Origin: Camelus ferus
Taxonomy: Eukaryota
DNA: 64,000 nucleotides
Direction of reading: 5' to 3'
Assembly: GCF_009834535.1 (NCBI RefSeq)
Contig: NC_045701.1
Coordinates: 69,068,001 to 69,132,000, forward strand
Made by a program: the position numbers and the translations under genes
The notes under the pieces: model-generated
Told to the model about the DNA's origin: nothing
Databases searched by the model: none
The model's input: only the letters and a program-made list of their open reading frames with translations
Shown: positions 34,706-47,471 of the stretch, piece by piece
How the letters are laid out: the number at the start of each line of letters is the position of its first letter
How positions within the stretch are numbered: the first letter of the stretch is position 1

Positions 34706-35494
34706 ATTTTTAAGTGTAAAAAATAAAATTATCTTTAAAAAGGGCTATATAATACTTCAGACACTAATAGAAATGTAGTAGGGGTAATGCATATGTGAGA
34801 CATTAAGAATTATTTCATCACCAATGTTCCAATAGTGTCTATTTTAATAATAATTTCAAGGTTATAGGTAGAATTCTCACTGACTAGTGTCAATGTACAA
34901 AAATATAGTTTTACAACAAAGAGAAAACTACTTATTCTTCAAAGAAAGAAAATGGGCCTAACATGAAGAGAATGTCAGTAACTTAGAATTTAAACTGGTA
35001 AAATCTGAGAAGGATCAAGCTAATATATGAGAGAAAAACAGGAAATAGTATAATTTTCAAGTAATCACTCAACTCTCTAAATATCCAGCTTAGAGTTTTA
35101 AAGCAAACATCTCCCTTAAACATCTTTTATTATAGGTACATATAAACCAATACAGAAAATAAGCAGACACTGACACTGGGTCCATCACAAATGACTGAAT
35201 CAGGAAAACTGTGCTGCCATTAAGAGAAATGCACGGGTAACCTTCACATGAAAATACCTGTGAAGAAACACAAAGTGGTTGCAGAAATGACATGGAAATA
35301 ATAACTAAACAAGCTCAGTATACTATAAGATCACTTTCCCCTAAATACAAAAGACACTCACAATAAAAGGCAACTGAAATAACTAATTTCAATAAAGAAC
35401 TGCCATCTACCTACCTATTTATCTCCAGAAGTTTTTTTTTTTTTTCCATTAGACACCACTTTAAACAGTAAATTAAAGAAGAATGGAGATCACA

Positions 35495-35627
35495 GGGGAG
35501 GGTATAGCTTAAGTGGTAGAGCGCATGCTTAGCATGCACAAGGTCCTGGGTTCAATTCCCAGTGACTCCCTCTAAAAATAAATAAATAAACAAACCGAAT
35601 CCCCTCCCCCACCCCCAAATCAAAACA
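35495..35627 (+). mobile_element. tRNA-Ala-derived SINE, copy 5, with perfect 16-bp TSD
   Basis: Flanked by AAGAATGGAGATCACA at 35479-35494 and 35628-35643. Confidence 0.92.
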
Positions 35628-35764
35628 AAGAATGGAGATCACAAGTTGAAAATATTCTCAGTATGCTGACAAGTCCTTACAGTCACTTTTTTTACATATC
35701 GGTGCTATCTGGGGAAGCACTTCAGATTTCCAGTTGGAGAAGTAAGTTTCTAAACTGTTTAAAT

Positions 35765-35970
35765 CAAGGACTGGCAAACTTTCTCTGTGAAGGACCAGAT
35801 ACCAAGTAGCTAAGGCTTTGTAGGCCATATGGTCTATGTCACAACTATTCAACTCTGCCCTGCAGCACAAAAGCAGCCACAGATAATGTGTAAACAAATA
35901 GACATGGATCTGTCTCAATAAAACTTTATTTACAAAAACAGGCAGTGGGGTCACATTTTGATGACCTCTG
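35765..35970. mobile_element. MER58A-like hAT relic
   Basis: ggcaaactttctctgtgaaggaccagat...ggccatatggtctatgtcacaactattcaactctgcc...aataaaactttatttacaaaaacaggc. Confidence 0.7.
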
Positions 35971-37544
35971 ATACAAACCATCCCTCAGAAACAAATCATC
36001 ATAATCTCTGGAAAGTGATCATTAATTAAATCTTTTTTGGGAAAGACAATTCATTATACTGAAACAGTAGACCTATTTGGAATTTTATGTCCCTCAATTC
36101 TTTCTTTCTTTTTCTTTTTTTTTTTTTAAACAAATGCGCTCATATCCTATTACTTTAAATTGAGACCCAGAACTCAGATGCAGTCCAACTCTAATGTTCT
36201 ACGATTCCCAAGGCCACCAATGAAATAAGAACATGCAATTAATCAACATAAATAGAAGTGATATTTGAAGGCAAGACAATTGTGTTGGGTGTATGATAGA
36301 TAAAAGAAAAAAGGTGTTCTGACGTAAGCCAAAGCAAGGAAATGCTATAAAGATACACAGAAGCATAATTTGGCAGAGCTATGAAATGTTAAGAAGCAAC
36401 AGCAGCAGACAGCCAATCTGGGCAGAAAGGGTAGAGTGAGTCACTCTTTCTGAGCAACAGTGATTTGCCATTCTATTGCACAAAGTTCTCTCTGCTACAC
36501 ACCAAAGAGGTCTTCAAGGGTAACCCATGTGTAAAGAATCTCTGGTCAGTCTTTCTGTCATACCTACACACAGAGATAACCCAGTCATTAGGAGTAATAA
36601 TGTTATGTTATTGTAATAATATGTAATAATATGTTAGTGGGCAACTATGACACAGTATGCCTTGTAATGAATGACAAGAGACTTCTCTTCTTTCACAGGA
36701 AACTTTTTTTTTTTAAATATCTGAGAAGGGCCTTAAAATCTGTAATTTGATGATACTTGAATTTCTTAATAAATCATGTAATGAACAAATTTTGTCTTAC
36801 AATTTCAAGATACAGTGAGTGTTCTCCAAAGGACAAAACAGTGAAGGGAAACAACTTTCTACAGAATTTGAGACTGGTACTATCTCCAATGGCTGCTTCA
36901 TTAAAAGTACAGTAACTTTTAGCCCACACTTTCTTAAGTGAGAGTGGCCTTTAAAGGCTTCCGGGAAAAAAATAAGGGTTGGTAGCATGTTATAAACCAA
37001 CATAGCAAAGGAGAGATTTTTTTGGAAGCAATTTAGCTCATCTAGTTTGCCAAATCACTTTTAATTGCAGGAAGGGGAAATTATTCTAATATTAAGTTCA
37101 TATTTCAAATGTGTATAATAGCAGAAATGAAAATTCCACAGGGATCTGAAATTCAATCTGTCCAAAACCAAATCCATCATACGTCATCTCAGAGAATCAT
37201 TCCTGCACCGCCTTGGTCATCCATACCATAAACTTGGGTCTCATCTTCTGTCTCCTTCTGTATATCTCTAGGTTGAATGAATGAATGAGCTGAGGCAGGT
37301 TCTCACTCACCCCAGTGGTCCTGTTAATGCTATTCCTTCTGTCTGAAATGCTTTTCTCCTCTAACTTAACTGGAACTCACAGTTTAAGTCTCAGCCTTAG
37401 GTATCATTCCTCTCAGAAGCCTTCATCACTATCTCTAGCATTCATTCTCCATCTCTGCTCCAGTAGTACCTGCTATTTTTACACAATTTAGTAACCAGTA
37501 TTCTACCTGTCCTGTTTTTCCCACTACAGAGTAAACTTGAAAGC

Positions 37545-39510
37545 ATTTGTCATTCACTGACTCATTTTGGAGCAGCTACTATGGACCACATATTATTCTA
37601 GGCACTGAAGATTCAGCAGTGAACAAAATAGGTGAAGATCTCTGTCCACACAAAGCTTATGTTTTAGTGAGGAAGAGAGAAACAAGTAAAATGCATGGGA
37701 TGAAAAATGGTGATAAGCTCTATCAGAGAAAAATAAAGCTATGAAGAGGAATAGTAAGTGTGTATATATGGAGGAGGGTGGTATTTGGAATTTAAAATAG
37801 GGTTCTCAGTGACTGCCTCACTGAAAATGGGGCTTTAGAGAAGAGAATGGAAAGAGATGAGGAAGAAAGCCATGCATATGTCTGGATAATATGTGTTCCA
37901 GACTACAGGTTATAGCAAATGCAAAGGTCCTGAGGTCGAAGCATACCTAATATGCTCAAGGAATAGCAAGGAGGCTAGTGTGGATGAAACAGAGGAAGCA
38001 AGAGTAGGAGAAGACAGGAAAAGGGACAGGGAGAATTCATGTACAATGGCCTACTCAGCCCAAAAGACTTTGATTTTTACTCTGAGTAGGTCAGGAAGCT
38101 ACTGGAGGATCCAGTGCAGAGGAGCAACACAATCAGACCTCTGCCTTAAAAATCACTCAGGCTGGTATCTTGAGAACAAATGGTAGAGGGATAATGAAAG
38201 CAGGTGGAGTACAACACGAATACAATGATTCAGGCAAGAGGAGAAGCTGGCTTGGACCAGGACAGTAGTGGTGGGGGTAGTGAGACAGGAAATACTGATG
38301 GGACGGATACAGGGTATAAGAGAAAGAGGAGTCAAGACTGGATCCAGGATTTTGGGCTAAAGCACAGGGACTGAGATGGGGAAGACTAGGGAAGAGTAGT
38401 TTGGGAGAGAGTTTTGCAATTTGGTTTGTGACACGTTAGTGTGACATGTCTGGTGTGAAATGTTTAATGATGATGATGATAATAATATCTCATATGTACC
38501 CATATGGCAGGCTGTTCTGTACACTTTGCTTATATTTTACTCATTTAATCTTTACAACAATCACATGAGGTTGGTATTAGTATTATCCTTTTTTTTTTTC
38601 AATTGAGGGGAAGCTGAGGTACAGAATGGTTAAGAACCTCTCCCAAAGTCACAAAATTAATAAGTGGCTGAGCTAGGATTAAATACAAGGAATCTAGATC
38701 TCCAGAGTCTGTGTCCTTGACCCCTATGCTATCCTGCTTCTAAGACAGAAACACCACTATGGAGTTCAGGGGAGATGTCTGGAAATAGAAATTTCAAAAT
38801 CATCAGCATAGAGATGGTATTTAAACCCATAACACTAGATGAGATCATCACGGGAGAGGTGTAGGTAGAAAAGAGTCCACAGACTGAGAAGTAGGCAGCA
38901 ATATAAGGGAAAACTGAGAGAGTACGACCCCTGAACTCCAAATGAATAGTGTTTCAAAGAAGAGGAGAGATGAGCTATGTCAAATGCTGTTGATAGGACT
39001 ATTGGAATAGTAATACAGAAGACGACTTGACAGGTGGTGAGGGTAAACATCTGATTAAATAAGTTTAACAAAGGGAGGAAGAGCAGAAACTGAAGGCACC
39101 AAGAAGAAACTTTTTTTTAAAAGATGGTTTGTTTTTATGCTAATGGATGATCCACTAGAGAAAGAAACATGGATTATGGAGACCCGGGTGGGGGGGTAGC
39201 ACTGCTGGAATAAGTAAGAGCTGGAACAAGAATCTCATGGAGCAGTTGGCCTCAGTGAGGAGCACAGACAGTTCATCTCTTGAACAGGAGAGAAAACAGA
39301 CTGTATGTGCATGGCTGCATGTAGGTGAGTAGGTGTGGTGTCATATTTGAGGCTGACTGATTCTATTTTTTCAGTGAAGTGAAGCAAGGTCATCAGCTGA
39401 AAAGAGAACAGAGTAAGAAATTCTGGAGGTTTAAGGAAAAGGAAGGACTCATCAAACAGTCATCTAAAAATGAGAGAGTAAATGGACTGAAAAATGGAGA
39501 CTGTCTTGTT
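37545..39510 (-). mobile_element. L2 relic interrupted by a MIR (~38490-38730)
   Basis: cattcactgactcatttt...ctactatg...ctaggcactgaagattcagcagtgaacaaaa start; long purine-rich L2 body. Confidence 0.6.
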
Positions 39511-40956
39511 CATCATCTTTGATCTGGATAGCGTGGCACTGTCTCAAGTATGTTTTAGACACTATGACTTGAGGACTGAGAACCACTGAGCTTTCATGAA
39601 TACAAATAACAAAGGTAACTCTAAAGGTAAGTAAAATTTTTTTAATCTAGAAAAGGTCAGTGACCAGGACATTTCACATATTAGTTGCTCACGTCACAGG
39701 AAACACTGGAACCAAGGATTAATGGAAATCCTCTGATTATTCTTGGGATTGTCCACTGTTCCTTTCTTCAGAAATCTTTTATAATGCACTTCAAAAGGAA
39801 AAATAAACCAAATCCTAAAAGATGTATCTAATAAAATACAAGAGAAGGTAAAATTTATAGAAGAAAGGGCATGGGAATTTAAAAAGCAGAAAGGCAGAAT
39901 GGGAAAGAGGCAGCAGACATTTCTTCACTTGTAAAGAAAAGGATCTAGAATGAAGATAAGCACTAAGTACAATTTGCCATTGAGGAGAACATCTAAATAG
40001 AAAGCAGGTGTGAGTACACTGACTTAACAGTGGTCATAATGCCATGAAATGTTTTACTCTTGAGAGTTAGGTGAAAACAATATAATCATGCATTGCTTTT
40101 CAACTATGTATTCTCTAAAACCATTTCTAAAGATGCCATTTAACAATTTTAACAGCATAAAAACTTGGGGGGAAAACATATTTGGCAGTACATCAACAGG
40201 ATCTGTTAGAACAGGTATTATCGTATTTTTGGTGATTTTTGTACAGTTAGAAGTAGTTACCCACCCCTACCCCTCCAAAAAAAAAAATCAAAGCGACATA
40301 ACAGCCCGAGGAGTTCACAAACTCAAATGCCTACAAGGTTAAAAGCTGGTAACAAAATGAGTGAAGCAGGCTGAGTGTAAGGACCATAGGGAGCTGCAGG
40401 GATTGTGGCAAAGAGGCAACCAAAAGGCACAGTTGCTGTTCAGCTCAGGCCATTGGTGCCACATAGAAAGCACGCTGTTTTGTCAGATCTTCTAATTCTT
40501 GAGAGAGACATCCTAGTTTTTATGTGAAAGCTTTCAATGTCTGAAATATTGGCAACTAATTCAAATTTATAAACTGTGTGCAGGCCAGACAATGTATATT
40601 TGTGGGAAGCATTCAGGCTCTTGAGCTGTCTAGTGTCTCCTGCATTTGATATTTCTCCATTCACTACAATTAAGATCTACCTGAGGCAAGCAGAGGCCAG
40701 AACTTTTGAATGAGACAATGTCAACACGGGGTAGGTGAAAGAACTCTGCACCAAGTTTCAGAAAACTTTGGTTTCAGGGTAGGCACTACCATTTACTGCT
40801 AGCTGGATGACCTCCTTGAGTTTGTTTATTCATTTGTTAAAAGTAGTTTCATGAACTATCGTGTCTAATTCACTGAGCTGTTATGAGTAGGAAGCTGGAA
40901 AGTAGGTCAAAGCCCATCATAAACTATAAAGCTCTATATAAATACAAGTAAATGGC

Positions 40957-41885
40957 TGTGAGATAGTAGAAAATACATACTGGTGTCTGCCTCTGGTTCC
41001 TGGCACAGAGCTCCTGAAATCCTTGTAATTTCCTAAGTGATAAGAGTACAAGGAGCATCTCTTGTTCTGATTTTTGGTCTCTCTCTGACCCCATCCCTGA
41101 CACATGGCTCCTAAAACCCTTGTAAATTCCTAAGTGATAAGAGCGCTAGGAGCAGCTTTTGTTCAACAAGACAACTCTGAGTGGGCTCCTGGATGACTCC
41201 TGGATGAGGGCTGGTCATCAGAAAGACCAAGCTATGATAAACTTGGGATTTTCAGCCTTATCCCCCATCCTCTAGAGAGGGAAGAGGGGCTGGAATTGGA
41301 AATAATAATTGATCGTGCCTACATGAGGAAGTCTCTGCAAAATCCAACAGTACAAGGTTCAGAGAGCTTCCGGGTTGTCAAACACATTGACATGGGGAGG
41401 GTGACACACTCCAATTTCATAAGGACAGAAGCTCCTGTGCTTAAGACTCTCCCAGACCTTGCCCTTCATCTGGCTCTTCATTTGTATCTTTTGTCATATC
41501 CTTAAAAAAACTGGTAAACATGTTTCCTTGAGTTTTGTGAGCTGTTCTAGTAAATTAATTGAACCTGAGGAGGTCGTGGGACACTCCCATTTGTAGCCAA
41601 ACTGGACAGAAGTTATAGGTACCTACTACCTGCAACTGGCATCTGACATGGGTGGGAGCAGTCTTGTGAGACTAAGTCCTTAAATCAGTGGGATCTGACA
41701 CTATCTCCAGGTAGATAGTGTTGGAACTGAATTAAATTGTAGGACATCCAGCTGGTGTCACAAAGAATTGCTTGGGGTAGGGGAAAAAATCTACACATTT
41801 GGTGATGAGTGTTTTGTGTCAGCAGTAAAAGACACACGTGAGAAAGACTCACAGGAAGTAGACTGAACTGAGTTTTTCTAATACA
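40957..41885 (+). mobile_element. Solo LTR, MER21-like (ERV-derived)
   Basis: TG...CA termini and a perfect 5-bp TSD (ATGGC at 40952-40956 and 41886-41890). The sequence resembles MER21C as recalled. Confidence 0.8.
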
Positions 41886-43434
41886 ATGGCTTTAAAAAGA
41901 GACCTAATAGAGTGGTCTAAGAACATTTTATATCTCTGTGTTCAGTCAGTTCCTCATAAAATGTTAATATAGATTACTCAGCTCATGAGTTTCCTCAACT
42001 ACATTAAAATTAAAAGATCCTTTTCAAATGTTAGGTGCCATGTAATTGCTTTGTAATAAAATATTTGCCCAATATGGCTAAATACACTAGTGAAGGTACA
42101 TATAATACCCCTAAAGAGTTGAGTACATTCTTGGCTTTCCTAAAACAAGGAGCAATTTAATGTAGCTAAGTCTAGAAAAAGGTATTTCAGGGTTTCAGGA
42201 TTTTTTTCCCCTTCTAAGATGTGTGTAATCTTACAATGGGTTAATAATACAGTCTTGAACAGACACAGATTTATCTGTTTCTCACTGCTAAAGCTTCTGG
42301 AGGCAATGCTCTCATCAGCTGAAAGAACAGGGAATTCTGGTTCCCAACAGAATAGGACAGGGTGGTCAGGTCTAGGACACACCTTAGCAAAAAAGAAGCA
42401 CTTCTCCTGGCCATGATTTATAAGTTCAGACTTGGGGTTAATAATTCTTCCCCCAACTACTTTTATATAAATATGTTTGATGGAAACACTTCTTGGTAAC
42501 TATTGTTCTCCTTATCCTGGACCATTAAACCACACATGATGTGAAGGCTAGTAAAGTGTCAAAATTTATGAGGAACTGCACTAGATAAAAACTCCCTGTC
42601 ATATACTGTTCTATGAGATTCTTCAGTTTTAGCTTTCATCAACACATAATTGACTTAGCAAACTCAACAAACTAAATCTCTTCCACCAGACTACCTCTTA
42701 CAGATTAGTGTGAATGTGAGTTGAATGATGGCAACTTGAAAGACTTAAACGGCTCCAAATTGAACTTCTTTATTTAAAAGCACCTTTCTGGGAAGATTAT
42801 GAGTGATGCTTTTACCCCCTTGGCTTTCCAAACTCATTTAATGACTTACTATAACTTAAAAAAATTGCATATAAGAATAAAATTGCTCTGAAAACGAAAA
42901 CAAAGAAAAAAGAATAAAATTGCCTTGCCATAAAAAGAATTCTTCCCACAATAACATAAGAAAAAAATTTCTGTTTTGTATCTATATGAGATGATGGCTG
43001 TTCACTAAAGTTATTGTGGGAATCATTTCATGATGTTTGAAGTCAAATCATTACGCTGTACCTTAAACTCGTAAGTGCTGTATGTCAATTCTATCTCAGT
43101 AAAACTGGAAGAAAAAAAAGTATTCTAAGAGTCATATTTGTTCACGTTATGGGATTATTTAGTATCTTCTAAGGAAATTCTATGGGAGTCAAACTCACTA
43201 GTATTATTTAAATATTTCCAAATAAATAAAATGATAGTTTGAACCACCGAAAAAGATTATTTAAAGCTTTAACTGCAATAAAAAAGTAAACTGACCAGAG
43301 ATAAAAATCCAAAATTAAATTACTACCTTAAAGAAAAAAGTTAAAAAGTATAAGTGAGTTTCCAGGCAGCTTTTAATTTACTACCATCTTTTAAGGTTAA
43401 TCTTTTAAACTTTGCTTATAAATAACCTGAAAAC

Positions 43435-43630
43435 AGATTGTACAGCATAATGATTAAGAAGTATAGATTATGGAGTCAGATTATCTGGGTTCAAACCCTA
43501 GCTTCTACCACTTATCACATCTGTGGATTCATGAAGGTCACTGAACATCTATAAACTTCAGTTTTCTCATTGTAAAACTGGGAAGAATAATAATTTCAGG
43601 GTTATTTTAAGGATTAAGTGAGATAATTCA
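43435..43630 (+). mobile_element. MIR relic
   Basis: ggagtcagattatctgggttcaaaccctagcttctaccactta...cttcagttttctcattgtaaaactggg. Confidence 0.65.
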
Positions 43631-45125
43631 GAGTTTTCTTTCTCATGCCATATTCATTTACCATGTAGCAAAATGCAGTGAAAACAGCTAAGAAATGCAG
43701 TGTCACCTAGTTCAGTGACACTTTAGATACACCATGACCCCATTTTATATAGCAATGAATATTGCCACCTTGGAACTGAATCTCAAGTGAGAGCTACCTT
43801 TGTTCTCTAACATGTTATATAACCTTTTAAAAATTTTACTTTAACATGTTTTTTTCTATAAGCCAAATCAATGTTTTACTAAAGTAGACATAATTAAAAA
43901 CTGATCACTTAGATGATAATTATGTGAAATTGCTTTGAGAAATTCTATTTGGGAAAGAATATTCCACAAAAAATCTGCTTAACAATTACAGTGCCTATTT
44001 ATAATGATGCAAATGTCTACAGGACTCATTCTTTCTAGATATAGATAGATTCCACATTCTATGGACCTGTTAATTTGACTCAGGCTCAAAATATTTACTA
44101 AAAAATTTTATTATGACATGTGTGGGTAAACTATGTACCTTTTTATTTCAGATTGACAGAAGTTACTAAATTAAACCATTCAATCTAAAATCCTTCAAAA
44201 TTGTTTACATTAGTATAAAGATGACCTAAACAAGAATATGTAAAAAAAAACAGGGTTACAACTAAAATATTTACTTGAGAAAGAAATGGAAACTGATTGT
44301 TCTTTAAAACAAATTTCCAAAGTAACAAAACCGCCCAGTGAAAAACTGTGATGGGATTTTTATATTCATGTAAACTTTTAGTAATGTACATTCAGTTATT
44401 CCATGACAGTAGTTTTATTTCTCATACTGGCTCGGTCTGAATTATTTTGTAGCACTTACTCAAAACTAAACAATGATATACTTAGACACAAAAATGTTAG
44501 AAATGTATTTATCTATTTTTGTATTGTCATCCTATAGTCACCTAAGACTAATTTACAGTCTTAATTCTAAGGAAATCTGAACATTAAACAACCATTCTTT
44601 GAAAAGTATCTACCTAAAAAACATTCCACATATAACTGATATTTGGTAGACTACTAATTAAGTTTTTCTTAGATTAGCATCCCAGGTTAAAAATCATAGG
44701 ATCCCCAAAGATAAGCTGATGTACTTTCACTTATTTCATCTGAAATTTAACTTAGATTGAAAAAAAGTAATAGCAATGAATGTAAATCTGGGATACATTT
44801 AATTTTCAACTGAATTTAATATTTCTTCTCATTTCTCTGTCAACATTGAGCACTAAATAAAATCCACTTGTTAAAAAACTCAACTAATATGCTAATATGA
44901 ACAATTTTACAAGATCAAATTAAATTTATTTTAACACCTAGTCTTGAGGTAGACAATCCTTTTTTAACCTACTTGGTTTATTTATTAGACTTTCCTAGAA
45001 ATCATCAGATTTAGTATCAACAGACACACAGACAGCAGCTTTCCAATTCATTAGTTTCTATATTCAGTCAAATCAATTCCTGTATTATAAAGATACCAAA
45101 GCTGTACTTTTAAAAAAGTATGTCA

Positions 45126-45297
45126 NNNNNNNNNNNNNNNNNNNNNNNNNNNNNNNNNNNNNNNNNNNNNNNNNNNNNNNNNNNNNNNNNNNNNNNNNNN
45201 NNNNNNNNNNNNNNNNNNNNNNNNNNNNNNNNNNNNNNNNNNNNNNNNNNNNNNNNNNNNNNNNNNNNNNNNNNNNNNNNNNNNNNNNNNNNNNNNN
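45126..45297. other. Assembly gap (N run). Other gaps: 16284-16465, 30192-30332, 46786-46917, 52840-53006
   Basis: Directly visible N runs. Confidence 1.
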
Positions 45298-47352
45298 AGA
45301 GGTTGGGAAGGGGCAAAGTAGGAAAAGGGGAGGGAGTGAGAGTTTTAAAGAGTTATCCATACTAGGAGTGACAAGGAAAAAGGAAGGGTGCGTGAAAACG
45401 CAGGGAAACATACTGTATGGCCTAAGAATCTATGGAAAGAGTGAAAAGAAATCAGAACCTGTATCCATGCAGAGCAACTAGTTAGTTAGTATTCTCTATT
45501 TCCCCTTAAAATAGAAATTATCCAAATTTGGCAGCAGAGAAAAAGATTAGGACATACTCGTTTGGTAAGATTTATATTTAAAATTTTATAATAGTGGGTG
45601 GTAAATAGATTGGTTCCATATATACTTTTCAATTTAAAATCACTGGTCAAATATGTGGAGGTCACCAATTAAAAAACCAGTCCACATTCAAATAACCACA
45701 TAATAACATTAGGAAGTATCACACATAAAATTAAATTTTGAGTGTGCAGGGAGGGTCCTTGGCAGACTTTTTCTTGCTGAATTCAAAATGTCACTTAGAG
45801 AATCCTTACGCATTAGGATCGATCTGTAGGTATGTGCATGATGATCAATCCTACAACAATGATAGGGAAATAATAGATATGCTCTATTTCAAACACAGAA
45901 TAAATAATCTATAAAGAACACAAGACCAGTGCTTTCACTGGAGCTGAGGGGAAAAAATATATCTGGGAGCCAAACCACATCTGTGAACGTCAAATGAAAT
46001 CTGAGGAATAGGGATGTTTTCTTTTTAAAAATGCTACTGTTTTAGAATAAAGAAACTTGCATTCACAATTATAAATATACAATTCTGAAACTATGTACAC
46101 AAGAGAGACATAGCTGTCTATGGTCCCAGCATCAATTTTTAAGCATATACAAACTGTGAAAACTGACTACCTTTAAAACCTGAAGAACTTACACAAAGTA
46201 GATGAGTTCTAACTCACCCAGCTAGCTTAGCTTTAACATCTCCTAGTTTTGGTGGAACTATACTTTAAGCCTTTGCCATTTACAATTTGCTTTTATTATT
46301 GGGTAAATGTCTAGAAAAAGACAACTGTACAGAAATCTGCCTCTCTCAGATTATAAACTCATTCAATACTCTCAAACACTGAATAGCTTGTTTCCTCTCT
46401 AGGTTTTGAAAATCACAAACAGCATCAAATATTTCCACAAAATGTTTCAAACTTAAGCTGCAAATATAATAAAGTAATTGGGGTATAGTTATTGGAAATA
46501 AGACTAAGCTTATTTCTGCTGCCAAGTTTGGTGACCCTTGCTTTGTTAGCTTTAAGTAACTACCAGCTTCTAAAGTTGCAGCCAAAGTTAAAAGGTTCAC
46601 CATCCTTTAGGGATACGGAAATGAGGGAAGGAGATCTGTTAATATTTAATTTAGCTCCCGAAAAGCTCTTGTTAAACATGGAGTTTGCCTTCTTTTTAGA
46701 AAAGACCTCGGATGTTAATGAAAAAAGTTGCCATGCAAAATGCATAAAAAGACAGTTACTAGATTAGAAAATAATATTAACTAAANNNNNNNNNNNNNNN
46801 NNNNNNNNNNNNNNNNNNNNNNNNNNNNNNNNNNNNNNNNNNNNNNNNNNNNNNNNNNNNNNNNNNNNNNNNNNNNNNNNNNNNNNNNNNNNNNNNNNNN
46901 NNNNNNNNNNNNNNNNNAGGGAGAAACATTTACAGAGACAATGGAAGATAAGACCTGTTAAAAGGAAGGGCATCTTGGACCAGTGTCAAACAAGGCAACC
47001 AAAAGCCCTATATACTTCTTACAAAATAGACTGATAAATGACAGCACTCCTCACCTTGAAACTAACTATGCTATAAAGGCACTGGAAATGGGCAGTAGCC
47101 ATTTCTGTTATCTATCCTATACAATCTAAGTCCCTACGTGGCTAACTTGTAAAATTACGCCACAGAGGAAACAAATTGCAATAGCTGTAAATAAGTCTAT
47201 GCATACAAAGTAAAAAAGAAATTAAACACGTTTATACTCTGAGAAGCATGTTGTTTAGTTATAATATCTTTTCATTTGAGAATATTAAGTATGCTAACTT
47301 CTAATTGAAGTTAAATGTTTAATAGATGTTTCTAATTAAAAGTAGGTTGAAG

Positions 47353-47471
47353 GGGAGAGGGTATAGCTCAGTGGTAGAGTGCATGCTTAGCACTTAATAT
47401 GAAATACCACCACTAAAAGAATTAAAATTTAAAAAAATTGTTTAATTAAAAAAAAGAAATAAAATTTTTTA
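47353..47471 (+). mobile_element. Internally truncated tRNA-Ala-derived SINE, copy 6, with 15-bp TSD
   Basis: The head stops after GCATGCTTAGCA (no B box). AAAAGTAGGTTGAAG flanks it at 47338-47352 and 47472-47486. Confidence 0.85.

Noticed and set aside
41000-41164. Repeat-spacer-repeat pattern superficially like a CRISPR array (also 18516-18560)
   Set aside because: Only 2-3 imperfect units, inside an LTR or intron of a mammalian genome, with no cas genes.
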